Source: Halomicronema hongdechloris C2206 (GTDB taxonomy: Bacteria > Cyanobacteriota > Cyanobacteriia > Phormidesmidales > Phormidesmidaceae). Taken from it: a stretch of 32,000 bases of DNA. The stretch covers positions 3,960,001 through 3,992,000 of the forward strand of contig NZ_CP021983.2 of NCBI RefSeq assembly GCF_002075285.3, read 5' to 3'. A program made the translations under genes and the position numbers. The notes under the pieces were generated by a model. The model saw only the letters and a list, made by a program, of their open reading frames with translations. It searched no databases and was not told where the DNA came from. Below are positions 1-8,930 of this stretch, one piece after another; positions within the stretch are counted from its first letter, which is position 1; each line of letters starts with the position of its first letter.

Positions 1-205
1 GAACGAGTTGGGTATCTCTCACGATCCAGGCATCCGGGTTCGCATGGCATTATGGGGTTTGGAAACTGGCCAGTCACCAGTGGATGTCATGCGACGGTAT
101 CAAGTGGCGATTGTGTCCCACGGTAAGCCGGATCGGGATGAAATCGAGGCCTTTCGCCGTCAGTTTGTGATGGGATTGGGATACTGCCCAGAGACTCTTG
201 CCTAG
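1..205 (+). CDS. 3' end of a CDS truncated by the window edge; product not recognised
   Basis: This frame is open from the first bases of the window to TAG at 203-205. ORF-track entry 8..205 is the part after an internal Met. I recognise no family motif. A weak hairpin AGTGAG-aatc-CTCACT at 215-230 with a T-rich tail follows. Confidence 0.35.
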   Translation, partial: NELGISHDPGIRVRMALWGLETGQSPVDVMRRYQVAIVSHGKPDRDEIEAFRRQFVMGLGYCPETLA

Positions 206-549
206 ACGCTTGTTAGTGAGAATCCTCACTCTATTATTCGGTTTATGCAGGCAATTTGGCTTGGCAGTTAGTTCGAAAGCGGGATCGTCTAGAAAGTCAG
301 GCGTAGCTAGCCTGAACCTTTTGGTTTTCACCGCATAACCGGATCTTACCCAGAAGCCTAACGTTTCTTCATGGCGAGCCTATATTCTTGCCTAGGATCA
401 GAGAGGTTTGGTTAAACTGTGTCTGGTCTTAGCTCCTTATCCGCCTCAAGTCCGACAGGGCCAAGGAAATATAGGTATGGTTCAGGCGTAGCCTACAGGG
501 GTTGGATGCTTTGGATGCTATCTTACTGCAACAGGCCGCCGACCATGGC

Positions 550-1758
550 TCAGCTGACGGGTAGACTCGCTTTCAGTTCGAAGATGTGTTCGATGGTTTC
601 CTCTACAGAACGATCTGGGGTGGAGGCACCGGAAGTGATGCCTACTGTAATCGGACCGTCGGGCAGCCAGGGATCGTCTACAGTCAGGTCGCCGTGGAGC
701 CGCTTGTGTTCGATCCGGTTGCCGGGACCGATGCGGCTGGCACTGTCGATGTGATACGAAGGAATATTTCGATCAATGGCGATTTCTTGCAGGTGGGTCG
801 TGTTGGAGGAATTGTAGCCACCGATGACCACCATGAGATCTAGGGGCTGATCTACCAGGCCGAACATGGCATCTTGTCGCTCCTGGGTGGCATCACAGAT
901 GGTGTTAAAGCTGAGAAAGTGCTCGTTTAGATGGAGAGGGCCGTACTTTTCCAGCATGGTGCGCTCAAAGAGCTTACCGATTTGCTCGGTTTCGCCCTTG
1001 AGCATGGTGGTTTGGTTGGCGATCCCGACCTGTTGTAAATCGGTGTCGGGATCAAAGCCCTGGGAATAGGCGTTCTTAAATTTGGCTAAGAAGGTATCTC
1101 GGTCGCCTCCATGGAGGATGTAGTCGGCCACGTACTGAGCTTCTTCGAGGTTGAGGACGACTAAATATTTATGGGCGAAGGAACTGGTCGCGATGGTTTC
1201 TTCGTGGTTGTATTTGCCATGAATGATGGAGGTGTAGTCTTTTTTCTTGTGCTTTTCGACGGTGTTCCACACCTTAGAGACCCAAGGACAGGTGGTGTCG
1301 ACGATGGTGCAGCCGTTGTCGTTGAGTAACTGCATTTCTTGGACACTGGCTCCAAAGGCGGGCAGGATGACGACGTCCCCGGGGCCGACGACGGAGAAGT
1401 CTTTCTGGCCGTCTTTGACCTCAATGAAGTTGACTCGCATCTGCTGCAGGCGCTGGTTAACGCCAGGATTGTGAATGATTTCGTTGGTGATCCAGATGCG
1501 ATCGCAAGGAAACTGTTGCCGAGTCTCGTAGGCCATGGCTACCGCCCGCTCGACCCCCCAGCAGAAGCCAAAGGCCTCGGCTAACTTGATGGTGACATCA
1601 CCACGGGTGAGGGTGTACTGGTTATCCCGAATCGTCTGAATCAGGCTGCTGTTATATTCCGTCTGCATCTGACCGGCCACGTCGCTGTCATGGCCAAAGC
1701 CCTGGCGGAAGTATTTTTCAGACTTCTGTAGCGAGCGCTTGAATGCTTTAGTATCCAT
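550..1758 (-). CDS. ispH: 4-hydroxy-3-methylbut-2-enyl diphosphate reductase (IspH/LytB), MEP pathway
   Basis: 402 aa, ATG at 1758. It has the long cyanobacterial-type N-terminus and the Cys-containing blocks [22 protein letters not shown] and [12 protein letters not shown] that are typical of IspH. Confidence 0.95.
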   Translation of the reverse strand: MDTKAFKRSLQKSEKYFRQGFGHDSDVAGQMQTEYNSSLIQTIRDNQYTLTRGDVTIKLAEAFGFCWGVERAVAMAYETRQQFPCDRIWITNEIIHNPGVNQRLQQMRVNFIEVKDGQKDFSVVGPGDVVILPAFGASVQEMQLLNDNGCTIVDTTCPWVSKVWNTVEKHKKKDYTSIIHGKYNHEETIATSSFAHKYLVVLNLEEAQYVADYILHGGDRDTFLAKFKNAYSQGFDPDTDLQQVGIANQTTMLKGETEQIGKLFERTMLEKYGPLHLNEHFLSFNTICDATQERQDAMFGLVDQPLDLMVVIGGYNSSNTTHLQEIAIDRNIPSYHIDSASRIGPGNRIEHKRLHGDLTVDDPWLPDGPITVGITSGASTPDRSVEETIEHIFELKASLPVS

Positions 1759-1828
1759 GACCCCTCACGGCATGTCTGCACGTTACCTAGGATAACGGGT
1801 GATCTACCCAGAATTGGCAATTGGGTGA

Positions 1829-2743
1829 TTAATCCTGCTGCAATGTCAGGGCGATGGCCGTGCGCCAGACCAAGTAGCCCTGTCGGTTTAGATGTAAGCC
1901 ATCGGTGGTCAGATGGGCTCGGAGGGCACCATCGCCGTCGGCAAAGAGGGGATAGAGATCGAGGTAATCGATGCTATAGTTCCTAGCCAGGTGACGAAAT
2001 TCGGCATTGATGGCTTGGATGCGGGTGTTAGGCAACACCAACAATCGCTCGCGGCCTTCCCAGGTGGCCTGTTCTGCGCCATGGGGCAAGATCGATTGCA
2101 GGACAATGCGGGCCTGGGGATGGTGGCGGCGCAGATGCCGAATAATATCGCGGCTGTTTTGGACTACCTCGGCTTCGGGCACTCCCCAGATTAAATCGTT
2201 GATGCCGATCATCAGGAAAATGACGTCGGGGTCTAGGTCATCTAGCAGGTTAAGCCGTTGTAGCAGCCCAGCTGAGGTTTCGCCGGAGATGCCTTGGTTA
2301 ATCCAGGTGCGGTAGCCAGGCAAGAGCTCTGGCGGAAACCAAAGACTGAGAGAATCGCCCAGGAGTACCGTCTGGCGGTCTAGGTCTCGCGATGCGATCG
2401 CATCAGCCTCCTGTTGCAGCAGAGACAGCCACTGTTGATAGGTCAATTGATGACGCCGCCCTAACTGGGCAGGCTCACTGGATTCCTCCTTAGCCGCCGC
2501 ATTAGCGCTTGGCGGCCGCATTGACGACGACGGGGTAACCGGCTCTGGCCGTTGGGATAAAGCCACCAGCACCGCCACAAACAACACCCCATTCATCGCC
2601 AGGGATAGCAAGGCCCACGTAGGCACCAGTTGCAACCGACGTGCCAATCCCTTCACGACCTTCAGGGGATACCTAGATCGAGCCAATGTCCTTATCTCCT
2701 TTGCTGATTCCCGGCTGCCTTTATGTGGGCACTGCTGGCTCAA
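1829..2743 (-). CDS. SGNH/GDSL-family hydrolase with an N-terminal membrane anchor
   Basis: 304 aa. The SGNH blocks LLGDSLS, GISGETS, IGINDL and DGLHLN occur in the expected order. A hydrophobic segment WALLSLAMNGVLFVAVLVAL lies near the N-terminus. Confidence 0.8.
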   Translation of the reverse strand: MSQQCPHKGSRESAKEIRTLARSRYPLKVVKGLARRLQLVPTWALLSLAMNGVLFVAVLVALSQRPEPVTPSSSMRPPSANAAAKEESSEPAQLGRRHQLTYQQWLSLLQQEADAIASRDLDRQTVLLGDSLSLWFPPELLPGYRTWINQGISGETSAGLLQRLNLLDDLDPDVIFLMIGINDLIWGVPEAEVVQNSRDIIRHLRRHHPQARIVLQSILPHGAEQATWEGRERLLVLPNTRIQAINAEFRHLARNYSIDYLDLYPLFADGDGALRAHLTTDGLHLNRQGYLVWRTAIALTLQQD

Positions 2744-2874
2744 ATTCTAGAGGGATTTTTCGGGGCCGACTAGGGAGAAAAGACGGCTTATCCGGACAGC
2801 CTAAGAGACTAGACCAGACCCCTGGAATCATCAATGGCAGGCATCAATGACAGGGGTCAGTGGCAACATCGCAA

Positions 2875-3969
2875 CTACACGTTAAAGCGGAAAAGCATGA
2901 CATCCCCTTCCTGCACCACGTACTCTTTTCCTTCACTGCGAACGAGGCCCTTGTCCTTCGCCGCCGTCATGGAACCTACCGCCACCAGATCCTCATAGGC
3001 AATGGTTTCAGCTCGGATAAAGCCGCGCTCAAAATCACTGTGGATCACCCCAGCCGCTTGGGGAGCCAACATCCCGGCCGTGATAGTCCAGGCTCGAGTC
3101 TCCTTGGGGCCTGTGGTAAAGTAGGTTCGCAATCCCAATAGATCATAGGTGGCTCGAATCAGTGACATCAGGCCGCCTTCCTCAACTCCCAGCGAGATCA
3201 AAAAGTCATCTCGGTCTTCCGGTGGCAACTCAATCAGTTCTGCCTCCACTTGGGCGGAAACCACCACCACCTGAGCACCTTCGGCCACTGCAATCTGCTT
3301 GACCTGCTCCACCCAGTCATTGCCGGAGGCCAGATCATCCTCCGAGACGTTGGCAGCGTAGATTACTGGTTTGCGAGTCAATAATCCCAGGGGCTTAATT
3401 AGGGCCTCCTCATCGTCATTGAGGTCTACCAAGCGGGCTGGTTTCCCCTGATTTAAAACCGGCAACAGTTTTGCCTCTAAGAGCTCCAACTCCCCCCGAG
3501 CCTGCTTATCGGCCTTCGCCTGTTTACGCACCCGCTCGATCCGGCGTTCTAGCTGAGCCAAATCGGAGAGGGCCAATTCTAGATTAATCACCTCAATATC
3601 TCGAGCCGGCCCTACCGCCCCAGCCACATGCACGATGCCGTCGCTCTCGAAACACCGCACCACATGCACCACAGCATCAACTTCTCGGATGTTGGCTAGG
3701 AATTGGTTGCCTAGACCTTCTCCTTGGCTGGCGCCCTGGACAAGACCGGCGATGTCCACAAATTCAACCCGGGCCGGGACAATATCTGCCGATTCAGACA
3801 GTTGAGCTAGGGCCTGTAGGCGCTCGTCCGGCACTGCCACCACACCCACATTGGGGTCAATGGTACAGAAGGGGAAGTTGGCCGCTTGGGCCTTGGCATT
3901 GGCCACTAGGGCATTGAAGAGGGTCGATTTGCCAACATTGGGTAGTCCGACGATTCCGGCTCTCAGCAT
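2875..3969 (-). CDS. ychF: Redox-regulated ATPase YchF (Obg-like GTPase family)
   Basis: P-loop GIVGLPNVGKSTLFNAL and a conserved C-terminus KEYVVQEGDVMLFRFNV. I place the start at ATG 3969 (MLRAGIVG...), giving 364 aa, rather than the upstream ATG 3999 of the ORF track. Confidence 0.93.
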   Translation of the reverse strand: MLRAGIVGLPNVGKSTLFNALVANAKAQAANFPFCTIDPNVGVVAVPDERLQALAQLSESADIVPARVEFVDIAGLVQGASQGEGLGNQFLANIREVDAVVHVVRCFESDGIVHVAGAVGPARDIEVINLELALSDLAQLERRIERVRKQAKADKQARGELELLEAKLLPVLNQGKPARLVDLNDDEEALIKPLGLLTRKPVIYAANVSEDDLASGNDWVEQVKQIAVAEGAQVVVVSAQVEAELIELPPEDRDDFLISLGVEEGGLMSLIRATYDLLGLRTYFTTGPKETRAWTITAGMLAPQAAGVIHSDFERGFIRAETIAYEDLVAVGSMTAAKDKGLVRSEGKEYVVQEGDVMLFRFNV

Positions 3970-4095
3970 GGGACATGGAAAATTTGCAGGGTCACCCAAC
4001 TACTGTAACGGAGTCGAGGCCCTAGGAGTTGACCGGACTCCCTGGAGCCCACACACTTTAGGATGAGAGGGTATTTCAGGGAGTAAGGGGTGGTT

Positions 4096-4707
4096 ATGGG
4101 AGTCTTAGCAGCAGCACGGCGATGGCTAATCGTGGCATTATTGAGTCCAGTAGTGGTCGGGTGTGCCTCGGATTGGAACATTGCCTGGCCTGGCTCGGGA
4201 GGAGATAACGAGGTGCCGCCCGCTACGGGCACCCAAACCCTGACGACCCTCTCAGAGGATTGGCAACAGCTGCGAGATGGGCAAGGACGGTTACAAATCA
4301 AGGTGCCGACGGGATGGCAACCGGACGCTCGTCTCCATGACAGCGCCGAGTTAGAGGCGGGTAATCCAGAGCAAGAGGCTTATGTGATCGTCCTATCTGA
4401 GGCCATCTCAGCGGTCAGCTATAGCGGCTTGGAAGACAATGCCTTGACCTATAAACGCGCCATTGTCAATGGCCTAGATAGCCAACCAGAGCGAGAAGTT
4501 AAAACCAGTGTCAGCTTAGAGAGTGGTCTGTCTGGCGTGCAATATGAGATCCATGGTGAATATCGAGACCAATCTCTGGTCTATCTCCATACCACGGTGG
4601 TAAGCGACACCCATTATTACCAAATTGTGGCTTGGTCCGCCGCCGACCGGTTTGAGGAGAATCAAGAGACCTTGCAAGATATAATTCAAAGCTTTCAGGA
4701 AAGTTGA
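4096..4707 (+). CDS. Putative lipoprotein, function unknown
   Basis: ATG at 4096 is preceded by AAGGGG. The signal peptide has the lipobox VVGC|AS (MGVLAAARRWLIVALLSPVVVGCAS). I recognise no family. The ORF track starts at GTG 4090. Confidence 0.6.
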   Translation: MGVLAAARRWLIVALLSPVVVGCASDWNIAWPGSGGDNEVPPATGTQTLTTLSEDWQQLRDGQGRLQIKVPTGWQPDARLHDSAELEAGNPEQEAYVIVLSEAISAVSYSGLEDNALTYKRAIVNGLDSQPEREVKTSVSLESGLSGVQYEIHGEYRDQSLVYLHTTVVSDTHYYQIVAWSAADRFEENQETLQDIIQSFQES

Positions 4708-4952
4708 GGCTTTACTCTCCCTGAACCCCGCGGCAGAGATGGTTGCTCAACGGCGGTGGCTCCCGATAAGACTACGCTGAGTTGGGTAGCTCAGAGTACT
4801 CACCCGAGGGGAACGAGATCCCCTCGGACTCCGACGACCAGGGCGTTCCGCTTGTGGTGAGCGCAGTCGAACTACCGCCCTGGACCCCGCGGCAGGGCAT
4901 GTCGATCAGCGGCGCTAGATCGCGTCGCATCGGCAAGGAGGCGAGGGGCTTT

Positions 4953-4987
4953 TTCCTTCTTCCTTCTTCCTTCTTCCTTCTTCCTTC
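4953..4987. repeat. Perfect heptanucleotide tandem repeat (TTCCTTC)x5 inside a 54-nt homopyrimidine tract (4950-5003)
   Basis: Counted base by base, the units are 4953-4959, 4960-4966, 4967-4973, 4974-4980 and 4981-4987. They are followed by CCCCTCTCCCCTCCCC. The tract is intergenic, 68 nt upstream of ATG 5055. Confidence 0.95.
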
Positions 4988-5054
4988 CCCCTCTCCCCTC
5001 CCCATCGTCTCGTTCTATGGCCTAATAGAAGAGGACGCTGTTTCGGAGAGAGTG

Positions 5055-5633
5055 ATGGGTCTTGCAAACAATTGCCGTTGGCGAAACCGGTTGGCATCCT
5101 GGTTGGTGCTAGGGATGCTGGTACTGGGTAGCTGGCTAGGGCTAGGCAGTCCGGCTTGGGCTGGGCTCGATGACGACCACTACGATGGCAACATCTTCGC
5201 CCTCTACGCGGGTAATGGCTCCTTGGTGCCACCACGGGTGTCTTTAGCCCAGTCCTTACAGCAGGAAAGGCCGACGCTGCTGGTGTTGTATGTGGATGAC
5301 AGTAAGGACTGTAAGCAATTTTCGTCGGTGATCTCGCAGCTGCAGGCCCCCTATGGTCGGGTGGTGAGTTTTGTGCCGGTTATGGCGGATTCGATTCCGG
5401 TGAAGCAGGAGTATGCTCCTACGGAGCCGGGCTATTACTTCGAGGGGGCAGTGCCCCAGACAGTACTGTTGGATGGCCAGGGCACGGTGCTGCTGAATAA
5501 AACCGGCATCGTTGCCTATGAGGCCATCGATGATGAGCTACGGGAGCTGTTTGACTTACTGCCCCGTTCGGAGTCGGAAGAATTGCGACGGCGGCCGGTG
5601 AACGAAGTGAATTCAGAGTTGGTGGACTCCTAA
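5055..5633 (+). CDS. Secreted or lumenal thioredoxin-fold protein lacking CxxC. It resembles the cyanobacterial family I recall being labelled 'thylakoid membrane photosystem I accumulation factor'.
   Basis: ATG at 5055 gives MGLANNCRWRNRLASWLVLGMLVLGSWLGLGSPAWA|GLDDDHYDG, a signal peptide with an AWA cleavage motif. The core is LLVLYVDDSKDCKQF...VPQTVLLDGQG. The family name is from memory only. Confidence 0.7.
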   Translation: MGLANNCRWRNRLASWLVLGMLVLGSWLGLGSPAWAGLDDDHYDGNIFALYAGNGSLVPPRVSLAQSLQQERPTLLVLYVDDSKDCKQFSSVISQLQAPYGRVVSFVPVMADSIPVKQEYAPTEPGYYFEGAVPQTVLLDGQGTVLLNKTGIVAYEAIDDELRELFDLLPRSESEELRRRPVNEVNSELVDS

Positions 5634-6247
5634 AAGATGAAGCTACGAACGACCTCGATGCTGGCTTTGACGGCCTCGTAGCCAAAGATAAGGATCAAAA
5701 CCGAGAGAGTGCCGCCCATGGCACAGAGCACTAGCCCCCCAAGACTAATGGCTCCGTCGTCATCGAGCAGCCCGAAACCGGTGACGAAAATACCGATGGC
5801 TGGCAAAGTGTTGGTGCCGGGGATGGGGATCATCATGGACATGGCCATCAATGCGATCGCACCGCCGATGACGATGCGCCCTGGCAAGCTGGTGCAGATG
5901 TAACTGAGCGGGCGAGAGATAGCCTCGATGCGCCGTAGCCAGGGGGTGCCGGTTTTGACCACTGACTGGATCTGCTTCAAATCAAAGCCCTTGGTCTGCC
6001 AACTGGCCGGGAACCAGGGGTGCACGGCCCCGACAATTAACTGAATGGCCAGCAACAGCATCACAATCCCGAAGGGAATGGAATAGCCTGGGGCCGGGAT
6101 CGGCAGGGCCGACGGCAGTGATAGGAGCACAAATAGAAATCCGAAGGTACGCTCACCGGCTAGGGTTAAGATGTCGGCCAGGGTGACCTTAGGGGCCCGG
6201 GATTCGACAAAAAAAAAGCGATTGAGTTCGACAGAGAGTTTGGCCAT
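5630..6247 (-). CDS. ExoD-family membrane protein (exopolysaccharide synthesis ExoD-like)
   Basis: The pattern LADILTLAGERTFGFLFVLLSLPSALPIPAPGYSIPFG and four or more hydrophobic helices match the ExoD family. The start is taken at ATG 6247 (MAKLSVEL), which avoids overlap with the upstream gene. The ORF track starts at 6292. Confidence 0.72.
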   Translation of the reverse strand: MAKLSVELNRFFFVESRAPKVTLADILTLAGERTFGFLFVLLSLPSALPIPAPGYSIPFGIVMLLLAIQLIVGAVHPWFPASWQTKGFDLKQIQSVVKTGTPWLRRIEAISRPLSYICTSLPGRIVIGGAIALMAMSMMIPIPGTNTLPAIGIFVTGFGLLDDDGAISLGGLVLCAMGGTLSVLILIFGYEAVKASIEVVRSFIF

Positions 6248-6269
6248 AGAGGGTTGCCATAGGATGAGG

Positions 6270-6851
6270 TTATAAGAAATGTACGGCGACAATGCCGATT
6301 ACCATCACCGCCAGAGCGCTCCAAGCGACGGTGTCGAAGGACGCTTCCAACCACTGCTGAAATCGAGGACCGCCCCAATACATCAACCCGCCGACCAGGA
6401 AAAAGCGGAGATTGCGGCCGATCAGGGAGGCCAAGATAAACTGGGGCAGGCTGAAGTGGAACACGCCAGAGGCAATGGTAAAGACCTTATAAGGGATGGG
6501 GGTGATTGCCGCCGCCAATACCCCCCAGAAGCCCCAGGTTTGATAGAGCGTTTCTATTTGGGCAAAGACATCCTGTTGGGGATCGTAGAGCTGCAGTAGG
6601 GGTTGACCCAGGCTGTCGAAGGCTATCCAGCCGATGGTATAGCCGAGGATGCCTCCTAGCACTGACCCGATGCCGCAGCTGGCAGCAAAGCGTAGGGAGC
6701 GTTGCGGCTGACCAGCACAGAGGGCCAATAGCAGCACATCCGGGGGAATCGGGAAAAATGAGGACTCCGCCAGGGCAATGAGAAACAGAGCCGCCTCGCC
6801 ATAGGGCGTGTGGCTCAGGCCAGCGATCCAGTGGTAGCCGCGCTTTAACAT
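6270..6851 (-). CDS. DedA/YqaA-family (VTT/SNARE-associated domain) membrane protein
   Basis: 193 aa. FLIALAESSFFPIPPDVLLLAL is the characteristic DedA/YqaA motif. The rest is multi-pass hydrophobic. Confidence 0.8.
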   Translation of the reverse strand: MLKRGYHWIAGLSHTPYGEAALFLIALAESSFFPIPPDVLLLALCAGQPQRSLRFAASCGIGSVLGGILGYTIGWIAFDSLGQPLLQLYDPQQDVFAQIETLYQTWGFWGVLAAAITPIPYKVFTIASGVFHFSLPQFILASLIGRNLRFFLVGGLMYWGGPRFQQWLEASFDTVAWSALAVMVIGIVAVHFL

Positions 6852-7168
6852 AGGGTAGACAGCTGAGAATGGGCCTCTACGATTGAGTCAAGCCTAACGA
6901 AGGATCTGTCAGTGCCAATATCGGCCCAGGGTGCCGTTGCCCAACAACTACCGTGAGCCACTTACGTATTCTGGGGCAGAAATGATGCCTCCATAGAGAT
7001 AGAGGGATTTCCCGTTCTGCCTGCTTACTGCTGTCTCGGCACATTAGCCTAGACTTGACAAAATTTAATCTAACAAATGGCTTCCTAGACCTGACAAGCA
7101 GATGCGATCGCACTTCATCACAACTTCTTGGAGATATCTCGGTCTAGGGAGGGCGAGGACTAAGGGGA

Positions 7169-8641
7169 TCAGCTGTTAGATGGACCATTGAGGCGAGGGC
7201 GGCGGCGATGCCACTCGGTAGCCTGCTCATAGGCATAGCCCACCTCGAACAGCAGATCCTCCCGCAGCACATTACTGATGAGCTGTAGGCCGATGGGCAA
7301 CCCTTGCTCATCAAAGCCGCAGGGCAAACTCATGGCCGGCAAACCGGCTAGGTTTACCGGGATCGTCATCAAGTCAGACAGATACATACCCAGGGGATCA
7401 TCGGTTTTTTCACCGGCCTGGAAGGCAGTGGTGGGCGAGGTGGGACACACCAACACATCCACCTGATTGAAGGCATTCTCGAAGTCTTGTTTGATCAGGG
7501 TCCGTACCTTCTGGGCCTTGAGATAGTAGGCGTCATAGTAGCCTGCCGAGAGGGCGTAGGTGCCAATCATGATCCGCCGTTTCACCTCGGCCCCAAATCC
7601 CTGGGCTCGGGTCCGGGTGTACATCGACATCAAACTAGTGTCGTCAGTGCGCAGACCATACTTGACGCCGTCATAACGGGCCAGGTTGGAAGAGGCTTCA
7701 GAGGGGGCAATGATGTAGTAGGCCGGTAGGCCATAGCGAAAGCGGGGACAGGAAATGACTTGAATCTCGGCCCCCAGCTCCTGCAACTGCTGAATTGCCT
7801 TTTCTACCGCTGCCTGCACCACCGGGTCTAGGCCACTGCCGAAGGTCTCCTGAATCACGCCGATGCGTCGCTTGCTGCGTTGGTTCAGGCGAGGCCGCAG
7901 GGCCTGACCGTAGTCGGGCACCGGTTGGGGAATACTGGTGGCATCCCGGGAATCGTGGCCAGCAACCGCCTGCAACAGAATGGCAGCATCCTCGACGGTG
8001 TAAGCCAGGGGACCGATCTGATCGAGGGAAGAGGCATAGGCTACCAGGCCATAGCGAGACACCCGACCATAGGTCGGCTTCAGCCCGACGATGCCGCAAA
8101 AGGAGGCCGGCTGCCGAATGGAGCCGCCGGTGTCGGACCCCAGGGCCGCTACACATTCGCCGGCGGCAACGGCGGCGGCGGATCCTCCAGAAGACCCTCC
8201 TGGTACCCGTTGGGGATCCCAAGGATTAGCCGTCAGTTGATAGGCAGAATTCTCCGTGGAGCTGCCCATGGCAAACTCATCCAGATTGGTCTTGCCCAGG
8301 CAGATGGCTCCCGCTTGGGCCAGGCGTTGGGTCACGGTGGACTCGTAAGGGGGGACAAAATTGCCCAACACCTTGGAGGCACAGGTGGTGCGGATGCCGT
8401 GGGTACAGAGGTTATCTTTCAATCCCAATGGGATGCCGCTGAGTAACCCCAGGGACTCTCCGGCCGCGAGCTGGACGTCTACCTGTTGGGCTTGGGCCAA
8501 GGCTAGCTCGCCAGTGACGGTCAAAAAGCTGTTTACGGTGGGTTCCAGTTGCTCTAGCTGAGCCAGATATTCCTGGGTAATCTCAACTGCCGAGCGTTCT
8601 TTATTGACCAGTTGCTGATGCAGTTCGCGAATCAAGGACAT
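7169..8641 (-). CDS. gatA: Glutamyl-tRNA(Gln) amidotransferase subunit A
   Basis: Amidase signature [14 protein letters not shown] and catalytic-Lys block LGLKDNL. The N-terminus [22 protein letters not shown] is typical of GatA. The start is taken at ATG 8641; the ORF-track start 8659 is a TTG six codons upstream. Confidence 0.95.
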   Translation of the reverse strand: MSLIRELHQQLVNKERSAVEITQEYLAQLEQLEPTVNSFLTVTGELALAQAQQVDVQLAAGESLGLLSGIPLGLKDNLCTHGIRTTCASKVLGNFVPPYESTVTQRLAQAGAICLGKTNLDEFAMGSSTENSAYQLTANPWDPQRVPGGSSGGSAAAVAAGECVAALGSDTGGSIRQPASFCGIVGLKPTYGRVSRYGLVAYASSLDQIGPLAYTVEDAAILLQAVAGHDSRDATSIPQPVPDYGQALRPRLNQRSKRRIGVIQETFGSGLDPVVQAAVEKAIQQLQELGAEIQVISCPRFRYGLPAYYIIAPSEASSNLARYDGVKYGLRTDDTSLMSMYTRTRAQGFGAEVKRRIMIGTYALSAGYYDAYYLKAQKVRTLIKQDFENAFNQVDVLVCPTSPTTAFQAGEKTDDPLGMYLSDLMTIPVNLAGLPAMSLPCGFDEQGLPIGLQLISNVLREDLLFEVGYAYEQATEWHRRRPRLNGPSNS

Positions 8642-8930
8642 CGGGGGCTCCTTCGGCAATGCGGCACCAAGATATCAGTATAAAGAGGTTTGGCAAGGGC
8701 GTATCGGCTTCCGGCCTGGAGGCCTAGATTTCCCTAAAGGGCGACCGCGGGTATCGTGCCAAACACCATGGCCGGGAAGTAGCCTCTATGGTAATCAGCA
8801 AGTCCTGGCGGAGCTAGATGAGGGCGGGCCTCTCTCGCCAGGATTGAGTCGTCACTGCGGGCCGGGTTCAAGGCGTTCCACGGGACTGGGTTGGCCTAGG
8901 GATAGGCCCTAAAAAGATGAGGATGAGGAA

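Noticed and set aside
419-1584. Several 65-111-aa ORFs antisense or off-frame to ispH (419-754, 586-843, 866-1069, 1161-1424, 1247-1474, 1339-1584)
   Set aside because: All are nested in the well-supported ispH gene and lack motifs.
4784-4827. tRNA-like string GGGTAGCTCAGAG followed by a GGGGA...TCCCC hairpin
   Set aside because: No cloverleaf can be drawn. The D-stem partner is missing, the hairpin loop is 6 nt without TTCRA, and no complementary acceptor strands exist.
4782-5054. 91-codon N-terminal extension of the thioredoxin-like gene from TTG 4782
   Set aside because: It reads through the hairpin, both 17-nt repeats and the heptamer array (FFLLPSSFFLLPSPSPLP). A proper signal peptide begins at ATG 5055.
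6877-7113. 78-aa minus-strand ORF in the gatA-dedA spacer
   Set aside because: It has a GTG start inside a HIP1 site, a basic low-complexity composition and no motif. It is treated as non-coding.
7698-8446. Long ORFs overlapping gatA in other frames or on the other strand (7698-8222 minus, 7795-8229 plus, 7880-8446 plus)
   Set aside because: They are Arg/Gly/Pro-rich low-complexity translations typical of off-frame reading of GC-rich coding DNA. gatA fully explains the region.
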